Made by a program: the position numbers and the translations under genes. From positions 1,364,001-1,428,000 of the forward strand of contig JAMWBK010000009.1 in assembly GCA_029953675.1 (NCBI GenBank): DNA of 64,000 bases. The letters are read 5' to 3'. Positions 50,520 to 63,385 of this stretch are shown piece after piece. How positions within the stretch are numbered: the stretch's first letter is position 1; each line of letters starts with the position of its first letter. The stretch is from Rhodosorus marinus CCMP1338 (taxonomy: Eukaryota; Plantae; Rhodophyta). A model generated the notes under the pieces. The model saw only the letters and a program-made list of their open reading frames with translations. It ran no database searches and was not told the DNA's origin.

Positions 50520-51814
50520 ATGATGGGTTTTGTAGGGTCGGTTGCTTCGGGAAGGACGCGGTTGACAGCGCCGGCCGCCACTGCTTCCCAGGTGAACGTT
50601 CCGAGGCAGGCCTTGTTCAAGCTGGACATGGAAGTTGCAACCACGGAGAAGAGGAAGAGGGTAAACCCTCGGAAGGCTAAGGATACAGTTGCTCCGAAGG
50701 AAAAGCTTGTGCAGAAGGTTGCGGACAAGATCGAAGCCCCGAAGAAGCCAAGGGTAGGTACAGATATGGATTCGTCGCTGATGGCGTACTTGAAGGAGAT
50801 AGGATCCGTGCATATGCTGGAGAATGAAGAAGTGGTTGAGTGTTCAAAGTCTGTACAGAAGTTGCTCAAGTGGGAGTTGAAGAAATCGGATTGTACAAAG
50901 GAACTGGGTCGTGACCCGACTTATGTGGAGTGGGCAAATGCATTGGGAATGCCTCAGGCGAGGTTCGTGCCGGAGTTGATTAGGTTGAGGAACGCCAAGG
51001 AGCGCTTAATATCAGGAAATCTCAGACTTGTTGTATCAATCGCAAAGAAGTATGTGTCCGGAACGACATTGAGCATGCTCGATCTCATTCAAGAGGGATC
51101 TTTGGGTAAGTGATCCATTGCATGATCATTTAGGGAAAGTTCATGTTTCGATGCGAGCGGGATTCTAATATATGTCCCTTTCGTATTCTTTTAGGTCTTA
51201 TCCGGGGAGCTGAGAGATTTGATGCTTCGAAGGGTTTCCGCTTCGCGACGTATGTGTCATGGTGGATAAGGCAGGCCATTTACAGAGCGGCGAACGAGTC
51301 AGCTCGTCCAATCAGACTTCCGTCGCATCTGAGCACTACAACGCGCAAGGTGGGGAGAGTCAAGAAAGCTCTCTTCTTGAAGTTTTCTAGGGAGCCTACA
51401 ATTGAAGAGATTGCGAGCGAGATGGAGATGCCTGTGGATAAGCTACTCTTTGTCCTGGAGAAGAATAAGGAGACCGAGACCGTCTCACTCGATAAGCCGA
51501 TACAGGGAATGTCGGGCGAGAACGTGTTCCTGTCGGATTTTATTGTAGACGAGCGAATTACGCCGGACGAGAACGTTACGCAGACGCTTTTGAGAGACGA
51601 TCTGGAGAATGTCTTGTCAATGCTCACGGATACGGAGAAGCAAGTGATGAGAATGAGATACGGATTTGACGATGGGGCGATGAAGAACCATACCCAAATT
51701 GCGGACGTGTACTCTGTATCACCGGTGAAGATTAGACAAATTGAGACTCGAGCAATGAGGAAGTTGAGACACCCAAACATGAATAGAAGCCTGAAGGAGT
51801 ACGTTCAGCCTTAA
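50520..51814 (+). CDS. Nuclear-encoded plastid RNA polymerase sigma70 factor (intron 51106-51194)
   Basis: MMGFVGSV transit-like start; DSSLMAYLKEIG (region 1.2); LISGNLRLVVSIAKKY...DLIQEGSLG|LIRGAERFDASKGFRFATYVSWWIRQAI (region 2); PIRLP (region 3); IRQIETRAMRKLR (region 4.2). Confidence 0.95.
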
Positions 51815-53254
51815 AAAGTAGCACAAGAAGCTCGAAGCTCGCGCGGACTACGTTGCTGTCACGCGCTCTAACTATTAGTAACTGTTGGAGAGATACTTAC
51901 TTGAGGGGAAAAATTGCCTCTGTGTGCTGGAGATAGCAGGACACGATAATAAAATAGTTTTGTACTTGATCGGATTCACGGTTTGTTGCCCTTGCTCTTC
52001 CCGACAGCGGTTTCTGTTTTTAGATGGCAGATTTTTTGTAAGCATTTCACGGAGGATTTAGCTTGGAGTAGAACAATGAGCCTGGAGCAGAATGTCTCAT
52101 GAGGACTGGAGAACACAGGGTTCCTGGTCAAGCCACTGGCCTGTGCTGTGCCTGTAGATGAGATCCATCAACGAGTCAACACGACAACTCCTCTCATCTA
52201 CCGGATGCTGAAGCACTCGCGAAGCAAAACCCAAGTCCACCAATTTTGAAAAGAAGGACCAGCGCTCACCAAGACACAGTCAACCGTCAAAACCTAGTCT
52301 TAACAGGTGCACATTAACCCGAGGCCCTGCGCCCGTTAGGGACACTCTGACTTTTGCGTGGCACCAAGCAAACCCAAGCAAACTCATGTTCCAGAGAACA
52401 CGAAAACAGCCAAGGCGTTGATAAGAAGAGCCTCGGCGAGCATCTGAGCAATCCGACCAGTTTCATATTGCTTCATAGAAAACAACATTACAACCCGCAT
52501 CAGTCTTTCTTGTCCCAAAACCCGTCCCGACAACTCGAGGCCGAATTTTCAAGAAACAATTCCCGCCACGGGGCGCACAAAACAATTGTAAGTGTCGTCC
52601 GCTATTCAGTCTATGATAAAGATTGATGTATTTTATTTTCTAAATAATATAATATATTCAATCAATAAACCGCAATACTAAAAATACACGTGACAGTAAA
52701 ATATCCGGGAATAATTCAGGAAAAAACGAATGAATTTGGTTAAGCGAATACAAATATTTTGAACTGAAAAAAAAATGAAACCTCTTAGCTGACGTAAAAC
52801 TCGGATGGAAGCCACTAAAACCCTGTAGGAATATTTTTTAAGTGTCATCAGCAATATCAATCTGTTTCACGTGTATCTTTTTAATAATGTAGTTCTAAAC
52901 AACTCTTTGAGGTTTATTTGATTGAATTTTAGTAGACACTTAATATGATATTTGGGTTTTCCGCATCGTAGTCTCGGGTGGGTTGGACAAAGCGTACTTA
53001 GCTTAAGAGAGTTGGCCATTACTGGTGGGGACGGTTGGGGATGTGTGTGTTAGGCACCGTTTGCAGATGTGAAGGATGGTTACTGATAAGGTTAGGTTGA
53101 AACCTGAGGAGTGAGTGTTGTTTGGTTTTTGTTGGATATCGAGCGAATTGGGTTTGGTGGGCGAGTGGTGGGGTAGGTTGCGGGTAGCGCGCGTTCTGTT
53201 GTGTGTAATTGGGAGCTGAGTGTATTGTTTGAAGTTTTGTTCTGTTTTGTTGGG

Positions 53255-53735
53255 ATGGATAGAAGCGGTGGTATTCAAAAGAAAGGAGTCGAGCGTGGCG
53301 ATGGGTCTGATGGCAAGGTGAGGGAGGTGTTTCCTTTGGTGAAAATGGAAAATTGGTCGTCGTGGTTGTTTTTGTAGTGTGGTTCGCAGCCCCTGGAGTC
53401 CTTACATTGTTTTTTTTACTGCATTCATGTGTGCTTAGGAGAAAAAGAGAGCTCACGCTGGAGACTTCGAGAGGCAAGTAGAGCAGATAAGGAAGGAGGC
53501 TGAACTGGTTCGAGCGAACCTCGATGCTGCTGAAACGTAAGAAATAACCCTTGACCAGAGTTTCGGTTTCCAGCGCAGCTTTTTGGGGGGAGAGGCTCAC
53601 CGTTTTTTTGTCCTCAATTTCCCTTGCTATAGTGCTCTAGAAGAGGCTAGCCAGCAACGCTCGAACCGACACGTGCAAGAGCCGCATGCGCTGAGAGTTG
53701 GGAAGGCCGCCGAGGAGGCGTACATGCCGAAATAG
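53255..53735 (+). CDS. Candidate small 3-exon coiled-coil protein of about 88 aa
   Basis: MDRSGGIQKKGVERGDGSDGK|EKKRAHAGDFERQVEQIRKEAELVRANLDAAET|ALEEASQQ...YMPK*, with gtgagg..ttag and gtaaga..atag introns in frame. Confidence 0.45.
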
Positions 53736-54124
53736 GGCTCCAATAGAATAGGATTTTGATGGAGCAGGTTGTTCGTCCCTAGTTGACCTTGGATATCGGC
53801 CGAGTTTTGAATTCTTTTCGGCATTGTCGTTCTGACGGCGCCTGCCTCCTCATTCGGACGGACGGCTACCCTCAAAGACCCGTCCTTATACCTTAATTGT
53901 ACAGATTTCCCCAACGCAAGCTTGTCGTTGAAGGGAGCGGCGTAGGACGGCAGGTGCTCCTAAGGATGCGCGCTCTCATTAAATCCTACAAAACCTGCTG
54001 TTAATGACGCACGTTGAGCGCAACCCGTGCGATAAAGTTTGACCCTTTTTTAGGTTTTTGTCAGGAATAAAACTACTTCTGAAGCAACAATCCTCTTCCT
54101 GTCACAACGGGGGGGTTTGGAATC

Positions 54125-55525
54125 CTACGTCTTCCCCAGCGCTTGATCCACTTCCCCCTGTGACATGATCGACTTGTCAAGCGCCGACTGTACATTGTCG
54201 GGGAGTCCCGGGTTTCTGAGGAAATCCGGAACGGGGAGTTCTTTGGATTCAAGAAACTGCTTATTATAAATTTTTCCACCGTATCTTTGCCCAAGATCAC
54301 ACAACACAGTAACAACCGTGTGACCAGGACCAAGAGCTTTTGCAACCCTGATTGCACCTGCTACGTTGGTTCCAGACGAACTTCCCAGGGCAAGACCTTC
54401 ATACTTCAGGATATCGTTTAGAACAGCTATGGCTTCATCATCTGGAGTCAGCAAAGGCCAAAAGGACAACAAAAACATTTTCAGAGGGCTGCTTGAGCTA
54501 CGAATGGAACTCGCACAAGTTGCCAGCTGTTCAAACCTGGAATCTCAAAGCTCAGATCCGGAGTAAAACCTTCCAAGTTCCCTGTTACCCGCCCCTGACC
54601 GATTCCTTCGGTGATGGAGTTGCCTTCTGACTTGAGCTCCCCGGTTGTGTAGTAACGGTATAGCGCTGCTCCACATGGATCGGTTAGACCGACCTTTACG
54701 TTGTGGTTCTTGCTTTTCAGGAACATTCCAACACCAGCTAAGGTACCACCCGTGCCGACGGCACAGCTAAATGCGTCAACTTCTCCGTTGGTCTGTGCCC
54801 AGATCTCCGGTCCCGTCGTTTCGATATGAGCACGGCGATTAGCAGTGTTATCGAACTGTTGCGCCCAGAAGGCTCCGAGGTTTTCCGCAATTCGTCCGGA
54901 CACTTTGACATAGTTGTTGGGATTACGATAAGGAGCTGCAGGAACCTGAAGGTGCGTCAACAAGAGGGCAAACACCCGAAAAAGATGAGCAGAATAGCTC
55001 AGTTTTGGATCTGTCCCAATTCTGAAATCTTCCGGAGTTTTTTGGGTGACATTTTTCTTTTACCTCGACGAGCTTGGCTCCAGCAATACGAAGCATCTCC
55101 TTCTTCTCCTCGGATTGTGTCTTCGGGATGACAATGACTGTGCTATAACCTCTTGCTGCTGCAACAAGGGCGAGTCCTATGCCTGTGTTCCCTGCAGTTC
55201 CCTTCAGAGCAAAATCAAAAACTAGCAAAATTAGACGCAGGGCACCCGATAAGCCTTCTGACATGAAACGAGACGGGCCTACTTCAACGATCACCCCCGG
55301 CTCGCCCGGAGTCAGAATTCTCCTTTCCTCTGCATCCTTGATCAGATACAAAGCGGCTCTATCCTTCACAGAACCACCGGGGTTCATGAACTCGCACTTT
55401 CCATAAATCTCGCATCCTGTCTGTTCCGACGCCTTCCTCAGTCGAATCAGAGGAGTGTTCCCAACAGCATCTTCAAACCCAGAGTACACGTTGTTGCTTA
55501 TAACCTTCCTAGCTGGAATTTCCAT
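54125..55525 (-). CDS. cysK: Cysteine synthase (O-acetylserine thiol-lyase, PLP), multi-exon
   Basis: VGNTPLI...KCEFMNPGGSVKDRAA (PLP lysine); EGTAGNTGIGLA; QQFDNTAN; VGTGGTLAG; ITEGIGQGRVT; EGLALGSSSG. Confidence 0.93.
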
Positions 55526-56583
55526 CGTTGTTCTCCTCAATCTCGTCCAAACTGTCCCCCCCCCTCCCCCTCGAAACGCACATAAAAACTCAACTGATCT
55601 CTCCCCAGCCACCCTAAAGGTCAATCCAAAGAAAGATGGCTTAGGCAAAACATACTATCGATCCACGTAGCCTCAGATTTCTTGTATTCCAAAAATCCGT
55701 TGAGCTCAGCTCAACTGTTGGCAGAGAGCAGGTGCATCCTGTGGTAGCAGAAAAGCTCGTCTGTCTGAGAGCAGTTGGACATTTGTTTTTCGTCAAACCG
55801 CAAGCATGTCGCTGACGCTTGGCTAAGTATGACTGCAGCTCTGCTGCTTGAAGCACTTAGTCATCATGTTCAGAGGTGGAAAGGTTCTGACTAGGTGCGT
55901 TGTGGATCCGTTGATCGAGAAGACTAGCGCGGAGGGGGACCAGAGGACCCGCGGAGGTCGACTTTCCAAATGACAAGTCCTTGATCCTAGGGTCAGAATA
56001 GAGTAGTGGAGTTCTTGAAGGGCAGGAAGTCAGCTTGAGGGTGGAATGATTGCAGCTAAAGCAGCTGAACGGACTTTTCGACCGTAGACTAGATGTGCGA
56101 TGGTCCGTGCGTCACTGTTGCTGGTGCTTTCGCTCCTCACCTGGATTTGTTTATGTGGAGATTTTCGCCCTTTTTTTTTCTTCGATGACAGGCTATGAGT
56201 ACTTCTCGAGGCAAGGGCGTAGCCTCTCTGCGAATAGTTATTTGCTGATTGAGCGTCCCCTAGAGTCTGATACTTTTCTGAAGGGTTGCTGAGCAGCACG
56301 CTGTTCGATCCCAGGAAGTGTCTGCTACCCTAAGGAAGTACCTAAGGAAGTACCTCAAACAGCAATTCTTCGTTCAGGAGTAGGGTCTCAGAGCCTCTGT
56401 ATAACAAAAGGGCAATTAGCTTGACCCTCGTCACTTCACACGTTTTTTATTAAGCTGGATTATTCTATTGTCAGTATAGCTATTCATCATGCGCAGTCTT
56501 GAAAAAGCCCTTGCCTGCTGAAACTTATGTTGTAATATGTTAGAAGTGTTAATGACAGAGTTCTTGTTGCCCGGCGGGAGACA

Positions 56584-59500
56584 TCAAAGAAGACATTCTC
56601 CAGCACCTGAGCTCCCCAAGGTTTGGCTACCAACCACTTTTGAAGCTATAGGGGAGAGCTCTGTTTGGAGCGCTTGTCTAGGAGTGCGTTCCCCCCCTAC
56701 GCTCCTTCCCGTTTCTTCGTCCAACGCTTCGTTCAAAGCCTCTGTATTTCTCGCTTCCAGGTTCCTGATGTTCTGGAACGAAAAGTCGTTAAATATCTTG
56801 TCTTTCGTACTCTTGCGTGGAACACGCCTATCCTCATCCGAAGATTCCAACTCTTCAGCATCCTGCAAAAGGTCTTGCAGGTCCTCCTCTTCCTTCCCAA
56901 ACATTGAGGGTCTTTTTCCAGTGTCAAAGTATGAAGTGTTCTCAAAGGTAGAATTCTCAGGGATGAATATCGGCGTTTGTTCCAAAACCTTACTCCAGTC
57001 CACACCTGAAAAGTGGCATTGCCCAGCAGGAAGATGAGCAGGAGAACGTTAGAGCGACAGCAAGGCAAGTGGTCACATGCCCACATCTCGCGCTTACCAG
57101 CAAAGAAAGGATGGCTTCTTATTTCTTCCGCCCCTTTGGATCCCAGCCTCGTTGCCGGATTCGGATCTAGAAATCCTTTGATTAAATCCAAGCCATCCTC
57201 GTCGACCTCATCTGGCACTACTGGCCAGTCGATTTTGCCATCCAAAATGTTCTCGAAAATGTTCTCCGCGGTGGACGCGTGGAATGGTGGGATTCCCATC
57301 AAAAATTCGTAAAGCAATACTCCAACAGCCCACCAATCGACCGTGAAAGAGTGGCCTTGGCCAAGAAGAATTTCCGGGGCCAAGTAGTCCGGCGTCCCAA
57401 CCTAGCGCACAAGTCCAGAAACCGTTAGAAACTTAACATACGGTGCAAAACCACCTGCACTGTTTCGTACATAGACTTTGTGGCTACCACATACCTTTTC
57501 CTCTTCCGCTAGAATTTCGGCGATTTTCATCGATCCCACCCGGCGGAGGGCGTTCTCTGCAAACCTTCTCGCCGCAGGCTGCGTATCCTCGCCCGTCCTC
57601 TGCTTCCATGGATTATCATTCAGCAAGTTGCTCTCGAGCAAGCCCAGTCTTGACAGGCCGAAATCCGTGAGCTTGACATGGCCGTTTTTCCCTATCAGGA
57701 CATTGTCCGGTTTAAGATCCCGATGGACAACGTTCATACTATGAAGATACTCAATTGCCAAAACGATCTCGGCAACGTACTGCCGGGACACGTCAAGGTC
57801 AAGAAATCCAAGGTTGCACAGCAATGAACACATATCCCCTCCAGGCAAATACTCCATGACAATAAAGAGCTTGGTCGCGGACTCAAATGACCAGTACGAC
57901 CGCACAACGAACGGGTTCGCAACCCCAGATAGAATATCCTTCTCCGTCCGAACCCTCGTAACAAGGTTCTTTCGCAGCATGTCCTGCTTGCTCAGGGCCT
58001 TGATTGCAAACAAGTCTTTTGTTGAGTTCTTCTTCGCCAAGTAGACGCTTCCAAACGCGCCTCGTGAAATTGGCTTCAAAATTGTGAAGTCATCAATGCA
58101 TGGAATCAGCGATCCGCAACCGGCGTACATCGAGGTTAGCATTGCATCGTTGTTCAAGGAATCAAACAGCTTCTCAAGTCGACTAGCAGCGGGAATAATA
58201 GTCCTCTCTTCTTTTTCTGTCGAGCCAGGTTCTTGGAAGCTCTCGCACTCTTTGCAAAGATCATGCAAGCCAGCAGAGAGTCTCAGAACTTCGGCTCTAA
58301 TCTTCTTAGATACTTGAACCAATAGACTGTCAGATGCCGCCTCAGCGGTTGCAACGATTTCGTTCAGCTCCGAATGGATTTCGTCCAGTCCTCCCTCGCA
58401 AAGAAGTCCTCCGGGGATGGAAAACTTTCTGCGTTCTCCACTTGTGTTCCACGGGCCTCTAAAACCAAAGCCTAGACTCTTCAAACAGTTCACATCTCCC
58501 AGTCGACAGATTTCCGCTAGTCGCAAAAGCATTTGCCTCTGCTTCTCACTCCTCACTTCTCCAGTCTTTCGTCGATTCTGAGCTCTGTCCTCAATCTTCT
58601 TACCAAATTTAACCAAGCTCTGATTTGTCTTAACAACCTGCTGGGTACTCCTGGCGATTTTCGAGCACGCAGACGAATGGGACTCGAAGCTCTCCTTGCC
58701 TTGACCTTCTTCGCATATGCGGCATACTAGCAAGTCGTCGCTTTGGAGAGTGGGACTTGGCTCTCCTCCTTGATGAGCTGAGCTTGGCGTCGCGCTTACG
58801 TGAATGGCAGGGCTAACAGACTCTTCCGTGTCAACGTCAGTATACGTATCCCTTCCGGACTGCTGTTGGAGTTCTTTGGGTAAGACAAACACCAGCTGAG
58901 AGGGAAGGTTCCATGCCCCACCGTGCAGCCCATCCAGCTTCGACGAATCCATCCTACCACCAACGTCGCGTGGGTATGTATCATCCGCTGACCCAGTGAT
59001 AGAGTCCTGATCGTCTGTATCGGCATCTGTGCTGTCCGCTTTCCCACTATCCAACGATGGCGAATGGATATTAAAACTTGCAACGATCATATCTGCCTCT
59101 TCGCTTATCGACCTGGGAGGCGGACGCGAGACAGCCTGCCCAGGCTCGTATCTGAGCTGAGACTCTGCCGCGTCCGACTGCAGGATAAGAGAGGACACCG
59201 GAGAGTTTTTCGAAGGTCTGAATTGATCCGCAACTCGAGAGAGCTTCGATACGATCATAACCAAACGCATAACTGGAGAAGTCTGACCACCGCTTTCTGC
59301 TAGTTGTCGATTTTGCCTGAGAAGCTGAAGCTTGTCCATGTTCTCCTGCAGTCCACCATGACCCGCTAATCTCAGCTCTTCAAAAGTAAGCGACTTCACT
59401 GATTCAGATATCCCAATCAGTGAGCTATACAGTTGGCGTTGTTCTCCATCATCCAGCAGGCGCAGGGCCTCAACACAGTGATCTCGGAAGTCTTCCAGTT

Positions 59501-59993
59501 CTCTATCTACTTGCTCCTTTGTAGTTTTTAATCGTTGTTCAACGCCTTCTAGACGCCTAATATACATCAAGTTCGTCAATGCACTGTTCGCCTTTCTGGA
59601 TCTACTCGGAGTAGGAAGTTCAATCATGTTGAGAGAGGAGTCGCGGCTGAGAGAGCTCCCAAAGGAAATCTCCGAGACCGCTGAGTCCTGGTCAGGGCGC
59701 TGCAGCTCCAGCTTCTTTGTGAAATACTCCGCCATAATGTTAACTCCGTGGTCCGCTCCGTGGCTTGAAGACTTTGAGGCTCTGTTCCCGAGGTTCCTCA
59801 AGCCTGGCGAAGGAGTCTCGGACAACTCCGCCCTTGCCAACCTCGGAAAGAGGCGAGGGGATCTTAAACGCTCCGAACTCTGACCTCTCTTTTCGAATAT
59901 GTCTTCGTCGGACGCTGCTTCCGACTTAGCTTCCTGCGTATCCTCCAGCTTCATACTCGAAGAACTGTCCTCTTCGACACCTTCCGAGCTCAT
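56584..59993 (-). CDS. AGC Ser/Thr kinase of the IRE/MAST(Greatwall)/Rim15 group with a C2H2-like finger; 3' end approximate
   Basis: CRICEE...ESHSSAC finger; [22 protein letters not shown]; MEYLPGGD; HRDLKPDN; LTDFGLS; [17 protein letters not shown]...DWWAVG; AGC tail PIFIP...TSYFD. Confidence 0.9.
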
Positions 59994-62900
59994 GCCTGAA
60001 CAAGCAGAGGTTCACCCTAAAGAGGGTAGTTTGTCGTCCCTCTTTCTCAAGTCTATCTCTTCACGCCATACCAACCTCTCTTGAACGGGAACCCAGTCAA
60101 TCAGACCCATCCACTGTCAGTCTACACCCCCGAAAGAGACTACCTCCACAGTCTCATTCAGTCCGCTCCTCTCCTTTCTCTTCTTCATTTCCAGCGAGCT
60201 ACCCCTCAATTGCCCAACACAACCATCCAAAATTCTCGTTTAAGAACAAGGTAAACCAGAAACAGCTTCACCAAAACAATAACATGTCGCATTCAGACAA
60301 ACTTCACACACTTCAACTCCGCAACTTTGCGCTCTTCAAACTAGCAACGGCAAAAATCAACAAAGATAACCCACCTTCCACACAACCTTCCTGAAAAAAA
60401 CAAGAAACAAAGCTCTCCACAGCCTGCCCCTCCTCGTCCACTACCTGAACAACTTCTCCCCCACAAAAAAATTCCCACCTTTTCCAATCTCTTATCTCAA
60501 CCGTCGAGAAACCCTCTTGTTTTACTACAAAACGAGAAAGAGCAGTACCCACACACCCTCAGCCTGTCATCCATCAGAGCCAACCCACCGCCAACCCAAA
60601 AAAAGAATTAGACTTTGTCCCCAAAAACTTAAATTTAACAACCCTATTTTCCGGAATATATTCCCAAAATTCATATTTATGGCCCTTCCACTGCACTTCA
60701 CCCCGTGACCTATTTTCATAATCAGCGACAATAGTGCTTTTGATTTAGTTCATTTGTCAAGTACCCCGGAAGATTAAAAATACTTCTTTCAAGCATCCGA
60801 AATCTTCTCCTCCACCCAACCCAGTGCCACAAGACTAGGGGGGGGTAATCAATTCACTCCAGTTTCTCATACGGCTCAAAATTTATTTAATACCACAAAA
60901 TATCTACAGCTGCCTCTTAAGACCGAACTGTCGGCATAGCGCATGGTTGGGGTTGTGAAATGCGAGACTGTTCTTGATTTTTTCGAGATTGGAGCAAAAT
61001 ATCAATCTTAGAGTGCAAGCTTTGAAATTCTAGTTGGAAAACCTTAATTTGAACCTATGAGAACGTCCTTTTGTTTTAAAACGTGCAATTTGATATGTTT
61101 CTTAATAAATTGAGAGATTTTTATTGGGGAAATGAGTCATGGTGATAGCAATCGATTGGAGCAGTGTAAGTTGTGTGTACGTAGAGCTGTCGGATAGCCA
61201 ATGCACATACGTTCGGGTTGATGAGGCGGTGGGGGGGGCTGGGAGGCTGGGCTGGGAGGCTGGGCTGGGACTGAACTGGCGTATCTGACATATTCGAGAT
61301 TGAGACGTTTTTTGAGTGAACGGGCGGTGCTTTGGATTGATAGCTAGTGAGAGCACCACACTGGGCGGCCTTGTTGGTCTTTATCGTTTTTGCGACCAAG
61401 GAGTGACGCGAACGTGCGTTCACATCTTGGACTCCTCACGGAAAGCCTACTGATGTAAACAGGTCCTGATTGGCGCTCGCTACGGGTGGGTGGTGTATAG
61501 AATTTCAAGAACAGTGGGTTCATCTGGATTGATCTGCACTGCTAGGGGGACCCTGAATTCTTTCGTTTGACTCGTGACAATCGCAACACACTGTTCGGAG
61601 GTCTGCTCAAAAAATATCTGATAGGATTGGGAAGTCGATGCCTTCTTTCATGGATTGAGGCCTTCCCTCTGTCTGACAATTTTCGCATGTGGGAATGCGT
61701 GCTCGTCTTGTAAACCGGCCTGCTATTCTCCGAATCCAATGATGCCAGGCAGGTGATGACCAGCATGAAGCAAGGAGGCCACATCTTGTCACTAGACCAG
61801 CTTGCCCCCAGCACCCTATCGCAGTTTATGAAGAGGCCAGAGACCCAGACAACGCCCTCTCCAAATGTACTAATCGAGGAGCGATCACACGCCGACTTAA
61901 TTAGAATAGAGCATCATAGGCGCGCAAACCAACTCCCCATCCGAATGTGCGAACTCGATTTGACTAGGGTTCCGCGATCAATCAAACTACACTACAATAT
62001 TGACTGAAACTTTTCCACTACCTGATATATTGCTTGCTGAAGTCACAATTACTTCTTCGCAAACCATTTCCTTAGATTAGGAATATTGAGAAAATAAGAT
62101 TTAGGGGAAGAGGAGGAGAAATAAAAACTGCAGCCCTAAAATCGCCCTTTCAAAAAAAACCAACCAAAATAAGTAAAAGCGAAGGAGAAGAGGCGCGCAC
62201 TCTCCCGCTCTCTCTCTCTCAGGGCTCCGCGACCACTTGTTTTTTTTGGGTGTGTGTGTATCTCCAATTTGACGAGGGTGGCGACTCATGTCAAATACTG
62301 AAAACAGGCAGCATCGTTTTTGGTTTTCTTTTCTCGGAAGTCTCAGAACAGGAAGTCAATGAATGAAAGATATGTTTTCGTTGCTCCTGATGCAAATGTC
62401 AGCCTGTGTAACAACAAAAAAAAATTCCCGTTTGAGCGGTGAGCTTCAATGCTCTGTTGAAGGGGGTGGGTATAAAATAGAAGAAGAAGAAACGTCAAGG
62501 AAAAAACGAGATTTTAGAAAGTTCAACCCCAGAATAGATTTACAGTAATCCCCTGGGAACATTTTTTTTGTTGGTGCTCTTCGCGTGGATCTGTTCCGAA
62601 CTGCTGAGTCAAAATGTCAAACTTTAGTGCCTCGAATTCGTTTACAAATATCTCAAACCTCCACTTCCCCCCCCCCCCCTCCTCCTCTTTTCGCCTTGAA
62701 GTCGCAAAAAAAAAATTTCAGACCTGGCGATGCCATTTTCAGGTCATACAATAAAACTATCCAGGGGTAAAATTTACTCCTTTTTCACCAATAATATCCA
62801 AATCTTTGAATTCCAATCACACAACCATCAACCCCCCAACGAGCTGCATTCCTGTTTTATGCCTTCCACGAGCGAAACCTGTTCAACCCCAACCCCCCCT

Positions 62901-63385
62901 CTTCAAACGCACACATGTCTTCTTTCTGCGAAACAAGTTCTTTATTACTTTTTTTTACTATATTTTTCTTCTCATAAAGCAAAAGCGGGCAAATGAGCGT
63001 ATCTTTTCAAGTAGTTCCGATACCAGTGGTTTTTTCTTCTTCTATTTTTGATATGGAAAATTTTCGAAAAAATTTGCTAGTACACTGCGCAGCCTTGTGA
63101 GGATTTTAGGACCGATCGTTGTTTTTGATCGTTTTTGAATGGGTTTCCACTTTACAACAACCTTCGAATGGAGTTGGTACTTAGAGGTTTCTTGCTTTTT
63201 GGGTGTGCCGTGGAGGTGGGGGGGGTTGGGTTGCGGAGTTGAGGAAGGCTGAGTTGGGTTGGAAAGGGGGAGGGGGGGGGTGGGGGTGTTGAATAGGGAG
63301 GGGTATGGGGAGGGTGAGAGGAAACTGGATTGGTTGATGGGTTGTTGTTTTTTGTTGGTAAGAGGGAGAAGGCTTGAAGGAAAGC

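Noticed and set aside
51893-51915. U1 snRNA-like start (atacttac)
   Set aside because: It continues ttgagg rather than ctgg, and no U1 stems or Sm site follow.
53290-53540. Apparent stop-codon readthrough (MCA*EKKRAH) in a plus-strand frame
   Set aside because: The TAG is better explained as a splice acceptor of the small three-exon gene.
56329-56355. 12-bp direct repeat cctaaggaagta x2
   Set aside because: Likely a local slippage duplication.
56385-56495. Possible box C/D snoRNA on the minus strand (ATGATGA...CTGA...CTGA)
   Set aside because: No terminal stem, a very short D' guide, and no rRNA complementarity I could identify.
61100-62010. Short ORFs and a GGCTGGGA repeat between the kinase and TBC genes
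   Set aside because: Isolated splice-like signals but no coherent gene model.
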